In this document: positions 1-13,804 of the stretch, piece by piece
Numbering within the stretch: position 1 is the stretch's first letter
How the letters are laid out: each line of letters opens with the position of its first letter
Position numbers and translations under genes: made by a program
The notes under the pieces: generated by a model
Told to the model about the DNA's origin: nothing
Database searches by the model: none
The model's input: only the letters and a program-made list of their open reading frames with translations
Source: the human T2T-CHM13v2.0 reference genome, Homo sapiens
Reading direction: 5' to 3' (one strand)
NCBI RefSeq assembly: GCF_009914755.1
Contig: NC_060925.1
Length of the DNA stretch: 64,000 bases

Positions 1-165
1 CAAAACTTCTTGATGCTTAGAGTCCAAACTGGCACACCATCACTCTTGCTGCATTCTGTTGGCCAAAGCAAACCCAGATTCAAGGGATAGCGGAATATTC
101 TCCCTCTCTTGTTGAAAAGAGCTTCAAAGTGATGTTTCAAGGAGTATGAAAACAGGGAGGGGGAT
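1..165 (-). mobile_element. MLT1-family (MaLR) LTR fragment
   Basis: ACTGGCACACCATCACT...CATTCTGTTGGCCAAAGCAA...CCCAGATTCAAGGG resembles the antisense MLT1 core. Confidence 0.6.
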
Positions 166-291
166 ATAAAAAAATTTTTGTAATAAATATTCTACATATC
201 TAAAATGAACAGTGAGTTTTGTGTGCTCCTTTTTGTCCAGTAAAAAGATAAAACACCAGACACATCAACACATACAGATACAAACACACAT

Positions 292-293
<2 letters not shown>

Positions 294-325
<32 letters not shown>
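294..325. repeat. (CA)n microsatellite
   Basis: Direct CA run. Confidence 0.95.
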
Positions 326-326
<1 letters not shown>

Positions 327-564
327 ACATACATGCACATAACTGGAAGATTTCTATCAGGTACACAAAATTACCATTCACTATAGTTACCCTGGTGAAA
401 TTCTACTTCTTGAATAGAACTGGGGTATTGGGTCAGAGACAGACTTTCTTTTTATTGAACACCCTTTTATACTGTTTGAATTGTTTTGCCATATGAATAA
501 ACTAAACTTACAATTTTAAAAAACAGATATCAAAATTAAAAGATCTCAAAAAAGGAAATCAAAA

Positions 565-692
565 TGCATAGAACTGAATGAAAGTGAAAATACAAAGTAT
601 CAAAATTTGTGGGATGCATCTAAGGCATGGCTGAGAGGAAAATTCATAGCACTAAATGCTTCCATTAGAAAAGCAAAAAGATCACAAATTAA
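565..692 (+). mobile_element. Old L1 ORF2 fragment
   Basis: Translates as [21 protein letters not shown], matching [17 protein letters not shown] in the L1 at ~52610. Confidence 0.8.
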
Positions 693-1669
693 AATTCAAA
701 GAAAAAGTGTAGCAAAATCATATTATATAACAACATTTAAGATACGAAAATGTGCGCAAAATGTTGTTAATGGAAACATGCAGGTTACAAGCAGTATAAA
801 TGATGACATATAAATTTAAATATAAAAAAGGCTTAGATGCTGCACACCAAAATATTGACATTGGGTCATGAGGTGGTTTTGAATTTTCTTCTTTGTGATT
901 GTCTGTATTTTCTATGTTTTCCTACAATTTACATTTATATTTTTTGGCCAGAGTATAGAAATGAAGGTCCTGTAAAAACAAGGAGCTAAGGTCCAAGGAT
1001 CTCAGGAAGAGCCTCAGTCCTCACATTCTTGGCTTTCTTTCCATTGGCTTCAGAACACCTAGGCAGAGATTATAATTTCTCCCATAGTTTGACTGGCATG
1101 GAAAATTTGTGTCCAAGTTCAGGCCCAACTTTTAGTCTTCCTCTCCTTTCTTCCTCACAACAGTGATATGAGAATGAAATAATTGGCTCCACTTAACAGA
1201 TAAGGAAATAGAGCCCCAGACCAGGGCTGAACTCAGTCCATAGTTCTTATTCACTCTATGTCACTGCTCCCTCCCTTCAGTGAAGCTGGAGGCAGGGTTA
1301 GACCTACCTACCCTGACTTCCACTCCCTTTTGGAGTTTGGACATCCATTGGAAACTGCCACATTCTGAGGATATAGCATTGAACAAGACCAACAAAATCC
1401 TTGCTCCATGGAGCTACATTCTAGCAAGAAAGACAGCTATGAAGCAATATAAAGATTAAATTATTCATTAAAATTGTGTTGAGTGCTTCAAGGGAAAGTA
1501 TAGGCTCCAAGAGAGGATATGACAGCAAGACCTGGTTTGGCCTGGGTCAAGGCAGACTTCTCTGGGGCATTGGTGTTTATACTGAAATCAGGTGATTATC
1601 ACCGCCTGTGCTGGATCCAGAAAATCCTGCATCCTGGGCAATTTCAAATGAACACAGCTTCAGATATCA

Positions 1670-1825
1670 CAGTGCAGTTGAGGAAGGAGCACCAGTCTAG
1701 GATCAGGAGACCCTGTTTTGGTCTCAGCCTTACTATTCATTAGTTCTGTGATCTTGGATAAGGTATTTGCATCTCTTAGCCCTCATTTTCTCATCAGTAA
1801 AAATGAAGAACTTAGATTAGCCAGT
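1670..1825 (+). mobile_element. MIR SINE
   Basis: CTGTGATCTTGGATAAG...CCTCATTTTCTCATCAGTAAAAATG MIR core. Confidence 0.7.
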
Positions 1826-2124
1826 GGCTTGGTACTATTTTTTAAGCACATAACCTAAAACTCATTAAAGCTGAGCTGTTATAAAATCTTGTGTGTTTGC
1901 TCTTCTCCCCAACCTTTCTCCTTGATGACTGTGGCAGTCTCTAATTCCCCTCAAGGAACTTCCATGACCTGCAAACCAGTTTGAAAAATTCTGACCTACC
2001 TAGGTGATTTCTGAGACCCCTTCTAAATGTGAAGTTGTGTGATACCAACTTGGAGTATAGGGACCTCAAACACATTTTCCACCATACATGGATATGAGGG
2101 CAATAGGGTTAAAAGATGATAATG

Positions 2125-2620
2125 CCATTGAGTCAGGCATTCAACATCTACTTCAACCTGCTTCTAAACAGCCTTCCTGAACTAAAGAGGCTGAAAAGCT
2201 AAAAATTACATTTCCAGATTCTTTGCAGCTACTGTTCCATATGTGACACAGGTCCACCACGCAAAGACACCAACATGAGGCTTGAAAGGCAAAGGTGAGC
2301 AATGTTGTCAGTGTTCATGTGCAGGGAGGTTGGATCTTTCAGCAAGTGCAGTAGCAGAAGCATTTGACTTTTCTGGAGCAGTGGGGATGATGGTTCTGTT
2401 CCTAGCATCATCAGTGCTGGATGGCCAGTCATGGCACCAGTGGGCTTCCTCTAGACCATTCTGGAATTCTCCTTGGTCTTTTTCCCTGGATGCATAAATC
2501 CTGAATGGGTAGCATCCAAGCATGATTGGAGCCTCTTCTGGAAACTCTAAACTAAATAATACCCTGTAACAAATCCCTTTCTGTTTAAACTAGTGAGGGT
2601 GGATTCTGTTACCTGAATGC
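2125..2620 (+). mobile_element. LTR33-like ERVL LTR
   Basis: AAGCTAAAAATTACATTTCCAGATTCTTTGCAGCT and terminal AAATCCCTTTCTGTTTAAACTAG...GTGGATTCTGTT. Confidence 0.6.
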
Positions 2621-3587
2621 AGTGGTCGAGAAACACCAGAGCAGACTCTTAGATGGCCCTTATGAGCATGCCTGGCCCTTGTGCTTCTTGCCTGATTCTC
2701 TACCTCCTGCCTCTGTATGCTCCTCCAATCTTTCCAAACTGGACTCAGCAGTTTCTCTGCACCTGCCACCTAGTTACACTTTTGTACCACAGACTATAGA
2801 CTCAGATAGTTCTGAGTTTGAATTGCAACTGCCACTTAGGACAATATGAACTGAGGCAGATTCCTTAATCTTTCTGTTCCATCATTTACAAAATGGGGCT
2901 ACCAACCACAGAAGGTCATCATAATCAGATGGAATAATGCAAGAGAAACAGCAAAGCACTCACATAAGAAAGGCTCTTGGTTGCTGTTGTTGATGTTCTT
3001 ATTACCTTTGGCTTTGGTGATGAGCACCCCTCCCATGACTCACTGGTTCAATTACGGTCTGTGGCGTCTGTGTATAATTCTAACACTTGACACAGACAGA
3101 AATAAGAGCTCTCCTGGCTCCAGGGTCCAACCTTAAAGACAGGTCTCACATCTGTACAAGTCAAGATTATTGGCTGCAAGCATGAGACTAACCTGCAATC
3201 ATCAGTAGAAAAGGGCATTTACTGGAAGGATAAAAGCAACTTTCAGAATCCACTGGTATTGGGAGAACCAGGCACAGAAAATGACAAGAGTTTACTCATG
3301 TCCAGAAAGCCAAGGCAGCCATCCTTTGGCAGTCACTCTCTGCTGCTCCTGAAGTGAACTCTAATTGCCTCTTTCTCTTGGTTCGCCCCCTCCAGGTTCA
3401 AAGTCCCAGACAGGGACATCTGACTGGCCCAGTGCAGGTCATGTGCCTGCACCCTGCAGCCAGGGTGTGGGGAGAAAGACCACCTGACCCTTGGGTTTCT
3501 ATAGGAGGAAATGAGACATTGTCTCCCACCAGGATGATACACACTGAGAAACTCCCAAAACCAGAGAAAGGAACTGGATGCTGGAGA

Positions 3588-4102
3588 GTATATTAGTTAG
3601 GGTTCTCCAGAGAAACAGAACCAGTATGATGCACCTGTACATACTATACAGAAAGATGTGGATTATAAAAAATTGGCTCACATAGTTATGGAGGCTAGCA
3701 ACTCCTGATCTGCAGGGTGAGTCAGCAAGCTGGAGACCCAGGAAAACTGTTGGTTGTTGTTCCAGTCTAAAGACAAGAGGCTCAAGACCCAGGAAGAGCC
3801 AGTGCTTCCATTTTAGTCCAAAGGCAGAGGAAAGCCAATGTCTCCATTAAAAGGCAGTCAGGCAAGAACCATTCTCTCATTTTTTTGGGAAGAGGGTCAG
3901 CCTTTTTGTTCTTCTATTCGGGCCTTCAACTGATTGGATGAGGCCCACCCACATTAGGGAGGGCAAACTGCTTTACTTAACTACCTATTTAAATGTTAAT
4001 CTCATCCAAAAGCAATTTCATAGAAATACCCAGAAGTATATTTGACCAAATATCTAGGCACGCCGTGGCCCAATCAAGTTGACATATAAAATTAATCATA
4101 CA
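3588..4102 (-). mobile_element. MLT2 (ERVL) solo LTR
   Basis: TATTAGTTAGGGTTCTCCAGAGAAACAGAACCA...CAAGTTGACATATAAAATTAATCATACA, the antisense MLT2 ends. Confidence 0.85.
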
Positions 4103-5959
4103 AGTGATCCCCAGTGTCTTTCAGGATTCTTCAAGAGGCCTGGAGTTTCTTGCTGGAGCTGCTTGCAGGGATGGGGCTTGTTGTATGGGGCACTATCTCC
4201 TAGGCAACACAGAGGCTGCCTTGATGTCTACAGTAGCCCTCAGGCTGAGGTCATGGGAGAATCCATTGTTCTGCAAAGTAGACCCCAGACTGCCAAAGTT
4301 TGAGAATCTTGGGTTATGAGAGAAATACACACAGTCTTTTCCACAGCAAACTCCTCAGGCCAGTTTCCCCTCACTGGTATCATATGTTAGGATTAGACAC
4401 ATTTTCTGTCCTTATGAGTCTCCCTTCCTGGTCAGGATTTGCAATGGCCCTTTTTATCATGGAGCACCTGTCCCAGACCATTTATGTGACTCACACCCAT
4501 TTGTCCTTATTATGATACATTTCTGCTTGGGAGTCCTGTCATCAGAGGACTGGTCTCTTCATACGGCACACTGAGTCTCGTCATTCTCTAGACAGCTGGT
4601 GTTGATATCACCTGAAAACACCGACGTGTTAATGTATTTCCTCCTTCTCACCATAAACTCTAAACACAGTGCACCAAAGAGGCCTTCAAACTGATGAGGT
4701 TTTCCACCTCGACAGGCTTTTCAGGATGGATCAGTCTCATTTTTTAGCAGTTTTCAGGAAAACATACCATCTGAGCCTCCTCAAATTAACCAATTACTGA
4801 AAACAATGCATTTTCTTTCATGATGTTCTCATGTATACCTCCTCATTTTCAGTTAACAAAAGGAAAAAAATGAAAACTTCTACAGAGAAATTTGCAAAAT
4901 GCTGCAAAACATATTCAATCATATAGTCAAATTAAGTAGAAAATCTTGTCCCCTAACAGGGACCGTAACAGCCAGTTTCATGGATTAAACTGTCCTTTGC
5001 AAAAGAAATTTTTCCCCTAGAGAATGAATGAATTCATTTGGGTGGGAGGTTTCTAAGGCTCTGCTTGAAATGTTAAGAAAAGTCATTTTTGCTGCATATA
5101 TACTATCTTAATTCTCTGAAGTGAAACTTACAATATTTGAAATTTTAAGCTACAAACCATGACCTCTTTTTTACATACCGTGGCAGAACTACTTTTGAAG
5201 TGCCCCATGTTTTTTAAAACAGAGATTTTGAGTAACATTTCAAAGAGCCAGTCCTGATTTAGTAAGCGGATTACCTAAATTTAGCTTGTATTCAAACCCT
5301 ATCACTGAAGCTCAACTTTTCTGGACTCTGGCCACATCTCTCTTTTCCATTATGATGTCGCTTGCTGGCAGATGTCCCCTTCACACCCTGCATACAAGGA
5401 GATGGCTAATAATATATAAGAGTAAATGGTGATGAAATAATCTTGTCTCAGAACCTCACCCTCCAAATCCCAGGGGCTCCCCTCCCCTAGTTTGTACCCT
5501 TCTCCATATGGCCCACACCACATTCTGCCTGTCTCCCACCCTACATTGCCCCTTGCATTGCTGACAATTATTATAGCCCTGGTGGAAGCAACCTAATCAC
5601 CCTGGCAGGTACCAATGTCCACATTGAAACTCTGTACCCTGGCCACACCTCTGGGCTCACAGTCACCACACTGAGGTGGGAGGAGGTTTCCATCCCTAAA
5701 CCAGTGACACAAATCCTTTTTTTTTTTAAATTAAACCTCATCCTAGGAGATTTCACACTTTAATTTTCTTACAACTCTTTAGTATTTTTAATCTCTTACA
5801 TGATTTATGCTTCCAAAGTAATGATGTTGAAAATACAGATAATCAGCATCACCATGTAATGAGCCTCTTTTACATACCTAGACACAATGTTAAGCACTTT
5901 ACATGGATTTTTCTCAATTGAGCCAAACAACGACCTGCTATACTCTTGTTTGCCACGGT

Positions 5960-6185
5960 TGTGGCTAGGAACAGGTGCTTTAGAATCTGCCTGGGTTCCA
6001 GTTCCAGCCCTGAGATCTTTAGACAGGTTTCAAAGTCCCTCTAAGCTTTTCTTTCCTCAACTGTACATGGGGATAGTAAGAGCCTCTACCTTGAAGTGCT
6101 ATTATCAAGATTAAATGAAAAGGTGCATATGACGCATCTGGCAGAGTGACCAGCACATACTAGGTGCTCAATAAGTGGTAGCTTA
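5960..6185 (+). mobile_element. MIR SINE
   Basis: CTGCCTGGGTTCCAGTTCCAG...GATTAAATGA...TAGGTGCTCAATAA. Confidence 0.75.
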
Positions 6186-8359
6186 CTCTGAGTGTCCCCA
6201 CCTGGGTGACCTGCAGGGTCCCTGGGCTCAGTGGTTTCCTGGTTGGGGGCTGCTACAGCCTCACCCACACCCCCTCCAACCCCTGTCTCCAACCCTTCTC
6301 CAATTCTCTGGATTGAGTTGTGACACACTTTGAGTCTCCCCCACCCCATTTCCAAGTGAATTTCCTTCCAACTATGTAGATAGAAAAGCAGCCTTGACCC
6401 TCCACTCGGCTTTATTTTCAATCTGCTGGCTGACAGAACCCCTCCCAAGGGTCCTGACAAGACCAAAGAATAGGACCCTCTTCTGTAGTCTGAAATTACC
6501 CAAAGTCCTATGAAACCTTTCCAAACGAAGGTACTTGATTTCATTTGATACCTTCTTTGTTCTTAAGAGAATGGAATTATTTATTTCCATTCTTAGTTTA
6601 AAAAAAGCCAACGCCTCCTGCTGCAGGACCCTGTTGCCAACCTGGAAGGTGCCAGGGTCATAGTCTATTTTAGCACCAGGCTGCCCAGAGACAGAAACTA
6701 TCACATGTCACTCATAGGTGTACTATGCATTTTCAAATGTCTGTGGGGCTATTGTGATGAATACAATGCAGGATACTTAAGACGCAGGTGAGGGTGTTCA
6801 ACATTTGACATTAAAAAGGGCATCTTCTTACTTTCAAAAGCTGGAAACTCCTCATGTCATGGAAAGAACACTAGAAGGAAGTCAAGTGCATTGCCTGGGA
6901 GTGTGATCCTGCACAAATCACATCCTCTCCCTGGACCTCAGTGCCCTCATCTGTAAAGGACGGCAGTTGGAAGAGCTGACCTCTAAACCCCAGCACTAAA
7001 ATTTTATGAGTTTAAAATCACTCTCTCCTAGCTACGTGATGATGAATATTTATAATGGCTGACATTTTTAAAGGAAGGAAACTACATAGACAGCCTCTAT
7101 AGCCACATAAAACAAATGGCAGACTAGTACCTGTCGGTTTTTTCTGTCAAATGTTAGTTTTTGTTAGTTGTACCACTTTCCCAACCTCTTCACCCGCTGT
7201 CGTGAGAGTCCCCTCCTTTGTCTGCAGCATCCTGTATGTGTCTTTCAAGATTTATTAATGTTGGTGTTTTCTCAGCGACTGTAAGGTGGCCGTTATTGCC
7301 TCTCTCCATTATTTATCCATTTCACTTGCTTGGTGTTATTTTTATTTTTCATGCCCTCCAAGACCTCTCCTTGAACAGATTGCTTTCTATTACCGTAGTC
7401 TTAACACTCTGTTCTAAACCAAATTGTCCTCTGTCACCCGTTTGCCATCTTAAATTCATCTGTGGGAGATGTAATTGCCAACACTCCAACTGTTGCTTAA
7501 ATATTTGCCCCTTTCCCATGACAAGTTCTTTCAAAAGAATGAAATCCTCACAGTCAAGTCATGTGTTTATGTGCTCACCATCTGTGGTGCCTTTGTGCTC
7601 TGCCCTCAGCAGGAATTTTCTGGGCCTTTCCATCACCTTTCTATCTGCACTCTCCTGCCCTCACCCACTCTACCTACCTACCTCTACCTCTGCACCCACC
7701 AATCAGAATGCCTCTTCATGTCTGGAACCAATCAGAAAGCCTCTTCTTCCAAACATGTATTAAGCATCTGTGAATGGGCAAAGCTTCTCTGACAAAAGAA
7801 AGCACAGAAGATTTGAGGTGTCCGCTCAGGAAAGATAATCTGTAGGAGGGGAGAAATGCGCACTGTAAGTCTTACCTTTCCTTTGGTGAAGGCATACAGG
7901 GAAGTCTTACCCCCTGCAAAGTGATGAGCACTAGACATCCTTTTCTGTTCAGGAAAGACTCTTGCTGCCATCATCAGGAGGGACGTGGCTACCCCTTTAA
8001 TACGCCGACTCAATCATGGACCCAAACTGTTTCTGCTGGATTATTTTAGAGCAGCTAAGGCAGGCTGGGCTTTTTCCATTAGACTATGTTAAATATTAAA
8101 AGACAATAAAAAGGCAATGCACAAAGAAAACACCAGAAATTTTTTCAAATCAAGAGTACAAAGTGCAGCATGCTTATCCTATTACTGCTGTTTCAGTGTC
8201 TGACCCTTCCCTATGCTATCTAAAATGGTTACTCACTCACCCCCAGAGAAGTCCAACTCTAAATGTCCCTCGCATGAATGTCTTGCCTCCCAGCTTCCAG
8301 CCTGCCTCTCTTCCTCTCAACAAGGCAGCCGTAAGAAGCTGGCAGTCTTAACCATACAA

Positions 8360-10260
8360 CCATCACTAATTCAGCAAAAATTTCTGACCCCTGCCTTTCT
8401 GTGTTCGGCACAGAGGTGCAAAGTACAGTGTGAAGCTTCCACCCGCAACCCTCCAGGTTTGTTTTCACTAATGGGGGAGGCAGACAGTAAACTATCAATT
8501 CCACTAAAGGATTGTAAGTGTTATTATGGGGACATACAGAGAAAACTGCTCTCTAAATCAAACTGAGAGGTCAAGGAAGAATTTCTGGAGTCTGTCATGC
8601 TTGAAATGAGATGTGAAAGATGAGTATGATTAGTGAGATTTTAAAAAGAGAGAAAGGAAGAGGAAAGTCATTGCAGGCAGCAGGGACTGCATATGCAAAA
8701 GCCATGTGTTTATGGGCTCACCAAGTTACACCAAGGTATAACTTGGCATTGGTCATTGGGGAACTTCAGTTGGCTCTGTTTGGTTTGAGCAAAGGGTGTG
8801 AGGAAGAATCTCAGGAAAAGACGCCAGGAAGGGGTCAGAGGGCTGCATCAGGAGAGGATTTGTGTACCAAGTGAAGACTAGAAACTTTATCCTGACAGGT
8901 CTGCTGAGCCATTGAGGAATTTTAAGCAGAGGATTGACATGATCAGCTTTGTGATTCTGAAACTCTAGCAGGAATGTTTAAAAAAAAAAAAAAGAAGGGG
9001 AGAGAAAAGGACAGGAGTCAGTGTGGAACCAGTTCCAATAATCCTGGTGAGAAATGATGAGAGGTTAACCCCAGGTAGATTCTATAGAATTTCATGAGTA
9101 GTTAGATACGAAAATGGAAGAGAGAAAGAAAGAGAAAGCGAGAAAGCCGAGAACATCTCCCAACTTTGTGGTTAAAACAATTAGCTAAATAGTAACAGCT
9201 CACTGTACTGAGTACTTATGATACACCATGTTAAATGCTTTGCATGCTTTCATTCTTTCATTCAGCCATTTCTTTGAGAGACTACTATGTGCCAGGCACA
9301 GTTTCAGGTACTGGGGTTACAACAGTAGAGAGAAAAAGAAAAAAGGTAAAAACTCTTGCCTATATAGAGTATGCAGGAAAATGATAAGTAATGAGGAAGA
9401 AACATAAGGCAAAAAAGGCAATAGGAACATCAGGAGTGGAAAGAGTTTAAACTGTAAAGTGGGTGCCCAGGGAAGGCCTTACTGAGAAAGTGGCTGAGAA
9501 GTGAGGTATGTGGCTCTTGTGAGGGACAGGCATTCTGAGTAGAGGCCCTGTGGTGAAGTGAACCCCTGGAACAGCCAGTGAGGCTGGCTGGAACAATGAG
9601 GGGGAAAAGTAGAAACAGATGAGGTCAGAGGTATGGGGAGGGGCATGGGGGGACAGGTCACCCAGGGTCCCACAAACCATCGTAAAGACTCCAGCTTTCA
9701 CTCTAAGGGAAATTGGAAGCCACTGCAAGGTTTTGAGTGAAGTAATAATGTGATATTAACAGAATCATTTGCATTTTAACAGAATCACTCTGGCTACTCT
9801 GTTGGACATAGACTGAAAAGGGGACAATTCAGAGGCCATTACAGCAACACAGGTGACAGATGATAGAGACTAGGATGATGGCAGTGGTGACTGTGAGAAA
9901 TGCTAAGTTCTGGATATATTGTGAAGGTACAGCTAGATGGGATAAAATTTTAAATGTGGATGTGAGAGAAGGAGAAGACATCAAGAATGCCAGCCATGGA
10001 GTTGCCTTTGATTGAGATAGGGAAGACTGCAAGAGGAGCAAAAATAGAAAGGGCTCATTTTTGACATATCGGTTTTGAGATGCCTATTAGGTATTGAGTG
10101 GAGATTTAAGGAAAGAAATTCAATATATGGAGATTTAAGGAAAGAAATTGAATATATATATCTGAAGTTCAAAAGAGAGGTCTAAGCTGAAGCTATAAAT
10201 TTTCATCTTCAGCATAGAGATGGCACTTAAAACCATGTGATTGGATAAGACATCACTGGA
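8360..10260 (-). mobile_element. Cluster of L2 3' fragments (with MIR piece ~9175-9250)
   Basis: CATTCTTTCATTCAG...ACTATGTGCCAGGCACAG, GGAAGCCACTGCAAGGTTTTGAG and related L2 motifs. Confidence 0.75.
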
Positions 10261-11156
10261 TGTCCCATCTACATCAGTGATTGGAATGGGAAAGGAACAG
10301 GGTCTATGATGAAGGTACATCCTAATGGACATCAGCAGTCCCATGCAAGTCACTCCATTCAGAACAGATTATTATGGGTCCTGAAGACAGGCGAGACTAA
10401 CTTCCGCAGACAGAAGAGGAAGGACTGCTTTTATTGACAAAAAAGCCTTGGCAGAATTTGGAAATCGAGGTCCTCTATTTCATCAGAAACTGCCCATATG
10501 TCCCTATCCCAATTTTCAGGATCCCTCTGTCCCAATCAATGCTCTGACTTTCACATAAGACCCTTCAAGGTTGTGAATTTTTTGATAACACCTTTTTAAA
10601 GATACAAGTTACACACTGTGCAATTCATCCATTTTAAATGTATAATTTAATTATTTTTTTCGTACATTCACAGGTGTAAATTCTTTTTGCCCTGTAATTC
10701 AGCAATCTTCAAAATTAGACCATGGGTTTGGATTTCAGGATCTTAGCCCTGCACCTACAGAAGATAAGGGTTTCTTTCAGGGGAGTTAGAGGAGCTTTCT
10801 AGCTCATCACGTGGACCTTGATCTGGGACTATTGAGCACTGAGCTCATTATTTTCTTTACCCAAGCTCTCCAGTATACTAGGAAGCAACCAAGTTCTTCA
10901 TCATTTTTATTTGCTCTAAAATCTTATATGGCAGCAGCCATTTGGTACTCAATGCCTTGCTTTGAGCTTGATTGCAATGGCTACAGATGGTCATTTAAAT
11001 AAAGATTTGGCATTATATGCCATGGGTTGCCAGTGTCCAATTTATCATCGGTAATGGGGTCTTTCATGCCTGTAAATCTAGTCAGATCAGTGAACCAATT
11101 CCAGATTCCCAGTATTAAGATTCTATTCCCCTAGAACCACATTTGATACCAATAAC

Positions 11157-11713
11157 TGTGTCAGTAAGGCTTTAGTTAGGGAAGCAGAATTGCTACGGAT
11201 GTTATGGGATAAAGGATTTATTATAGTAATAAGACCTCACAATTGTGGAAGGAGTTAGGGATGGAAAGGTATAGAAGTGGTGTTGGATGATCAGGAAAGG
11301 AGTCAGTCAATCTAAGCCAGACATGTCCAACACCTATGAAGGGGGGACTCATGGATAGGTCTACAGGAAACTTTAGCCTCGGTATAGCTAATGCTTCTGT
11401 GGTCCACAGTCAAGTGTCTGGTGGTGGGCCTGGGCCACTCTTGGCAGTAGGGCTAGCAGTTGAGGAGAAGAGCTGGACTTGGAGAAGAGGAGAGCAAGGA
11501 TATGCTAGAAACTGCTTGGCACCTGTGTGCCTATCCTGACCAACTACATCTGACTATGATGACCTGTACAGTAATGGCTACTGCTTTATTTCTAACTTCC
11601 AAATATCACACAAGTTCCTCTTTTGGCCAACTCTAGCCTGGAATCATACAGAAAAGAGGACTCTGAGAAACTCAGTTCCCAGATTAATTAAATGACACAG
11701 TAAAAACCACCTC
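11157..11713 (-). mobile_element. ERVL LTR (LTR40/LTR41-like)
   Basis: Ends TTCCTCTTTTGGCCAACTCTAG...GAAACTCAGTTCCCAG...GACACAGTAAAAACCACC; interrupts the L2. Confidence 0.55.
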
Positions 11714-11719
11714 AGCATC

Positions 11720-12280
11720 CACAGACTGACCTGGGGCATCCCAACTTTCAGAGGTCAGGAAGAAGAGAAGGAAAAAGGAAAATGACTGGAAAAAAGGGGC
11801 TGCCAGAAAAATCAAAGGAAAAGCTAGGAGAGTTTGTTGTCCAGCACCCAGGTGAAGAAAAATGTCTCAAACAAGTGAGAACAATTTAGAATCCAAAATG
11901 CTGTTGATGGGTCAAAAACAATGACTGAGAAGCAATCACTGAATATTCCAACATAATAGTTGGAATCACAGATGGCCTTCAAGAGAATGATTTTAGTGGA
12001 ATGAGAGAGCAAACTTTACTGGAATGGGTTCAAGAGAAAATGGGAGCACACTGAAGATAGCACATTTAACCAAGGAGTTTTACTAAAAAAGGAAGGTGAG
12101 AAAGAAGCTAGTGACTAGAGGGAAAATGGGATTAAGTGAGTTTTGAGAATAAAGGAAGAAGGGAGCATGGGGAAGGGAATGATCCAGTAGAAGGAAAATC
12201 TGATTGCGCTGGAGGAATGCTGAAGCAATATGCTTGAGGGGATAGGAGGCAGGGTGGGGTGAACTCTAGTGTATAAATGC
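11720..12280 (-). mobile_element. L2 fragment
   Basis: AATGCTGTTGATGGGTCAA...GAATGGGTTCAAGAGAAAATGGGAG L2 internal motifs. Confidence 0.65.
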
Positions 12281-12284
12281 AGGC

Positions 12285-12640
12285 TGTATTCGTCCATTTT
12301 CATGCTGCTGATACTTACCCAAGACTGGGTACTTTATAAAGAAAAAGAGGTTTAATGGACTCAGTTCCACATGGCTGGGGAGGCCTCACAATCATGGCAG
12401 AAGGTGAAAGGCATGTCTTACATGGCAGCAGGCAAGATAGAATGAGAACCAAGTGAAAGGGCTTTCCTCTTATAAAACCATCAGATCTTGTGAGACTTTT
12501 TCACCACCATGAAAACAAAATGAGGGAAACTGTTCCTTTGATTTAATTATCTCCCACCAGCTCCCTCCCACACCACATGGGAATTATGGGAGCTACAATT
12601 CAAGATAAGATTTGGGTGGGGACACAGCCAAACCATATCA
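12285..12640 (-). mobile_element. THE1B-like solo LTR
   Basis: TGTATT...GGGACACAGCCAAACCATATCA; perfect 5-bp TSD CAGGC at 12280-12284 and 12641-12645. Confidence 0.95.
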
Positions 12641-12829
12641 CAGGCAGCGGCCTTAACTGAGAGCATGGAGAAGGTCATCCATCAACTATTTCTGCAGGGA
12701 AGAAAGAAAAAATGTGCAGAGACAGGATGATTGCTTCTCCAGTAAGATTGGAAGCAAGATCATGAACTCAAAGCAAGGATAGAGTTGGAATCGTTGGAAG
12801 TCTGAGGAAAGAAAAGAGAGTTTGAAACA

Positions 12830-13450
12830 GCTATGGAATATTGTATTTTTCAAAGATACTCAAAACAGTATAGATCCCATTCCACTTGCTCTTCTTACAA
12901 CGTGATGTTGAGATCTCTCCATCAAGAGGTGAGTGTCTGTGTTCCCACCTCCTTGAACCTGGGAGGTGCTTTGTAACCAACCATTTCAAACAATAGAATG
13001 CAGCAGAAATGACACCACATGACTTCCAAGGCTAGCTCATAAAAGGCAATGCAGCTTCTACCTGGGCTTTCTCTCTCTCTCGGACATGTGTCTTTGGAAC
13101 CCTGAGTCACCATGCGAGAAGTCTGGCCACCCTGAAGCTGCCATGTTGGAGAGACTACATGGAAAGACCACATCTTAGAGACCACAGGTAGAAACATATA
13201 AGGAGCCCCAGATGTTGCTGCATCTGGCTTTTTCAGTCTTCCAGCCCAGGTACTCAACATGAGAATGAATGGCTGTCAGATAATTCCAGTTCCCAGCCTT
13301 CAAGCCACCTAGTTGATGCTCAATGAAACAGAGACAAGCTATTCCCATGGAGCTGTGCCAAATTTACAGATGCATGAGAAAAATAAATGTTGTTATTTCA
13401 AGCCACTAAGTTTGGATATAAACTTGTTATGCACCAATATAATTGGATCA
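12830..13450 (+). mobile_element. MLT1 (F/G-like) solo LTR
   Basis: CAATAGAATGCAGCAGAAATGAC...GACTTCCAAGGCTAG...TTTCAAGCCACTAAGTTTGG. Confidence 0.8.
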
Positions 13451-13804
13451 ATAGTTATCTAGGAAGTTACCTAGGATGCCATCAATTAAGCACCCCTTGG
13501 TTTTGATTAACTCACCCAGGGAGTATGGTTTGTATCAGAGTGGTCTGGGGGAACATTTGCAAAATGTGTGTGTTAACCACTTTTCTGTCCTGGGGCCTAT
13601 CATAATTGGGGTGTAGGGAGCTACAGGAAGGAGGCGGTACTCTTCAGTGTTTATATTTTGAAACGGTTCCACAGGGAACATACAAACTCCCAAGTTGAGA
13701 ATAATTGACAAAAATAAGAAGCACGAGGGTTAAGGACCAAATTCCATGGAAACTGTCATTTAAGTATCAAGTGAGCAGGAGTGTTCTTGAAGAGTGCTTC
13801 TCAA

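Noticed and set aside
6086-6704. Overlapping 152-aa and 110-aa minus-strand ORFs
   Set aside because: No recognisable protein similarity; the longer one runs into MIR sequence.
7218-7792. 181-aa ORF and overlapping ORFs
   Set aside because: Non-ATG start, C/S/L/P-rich composition typical of pyrimidine-rich non-coding DNA, and no recognisable domain or splice support.
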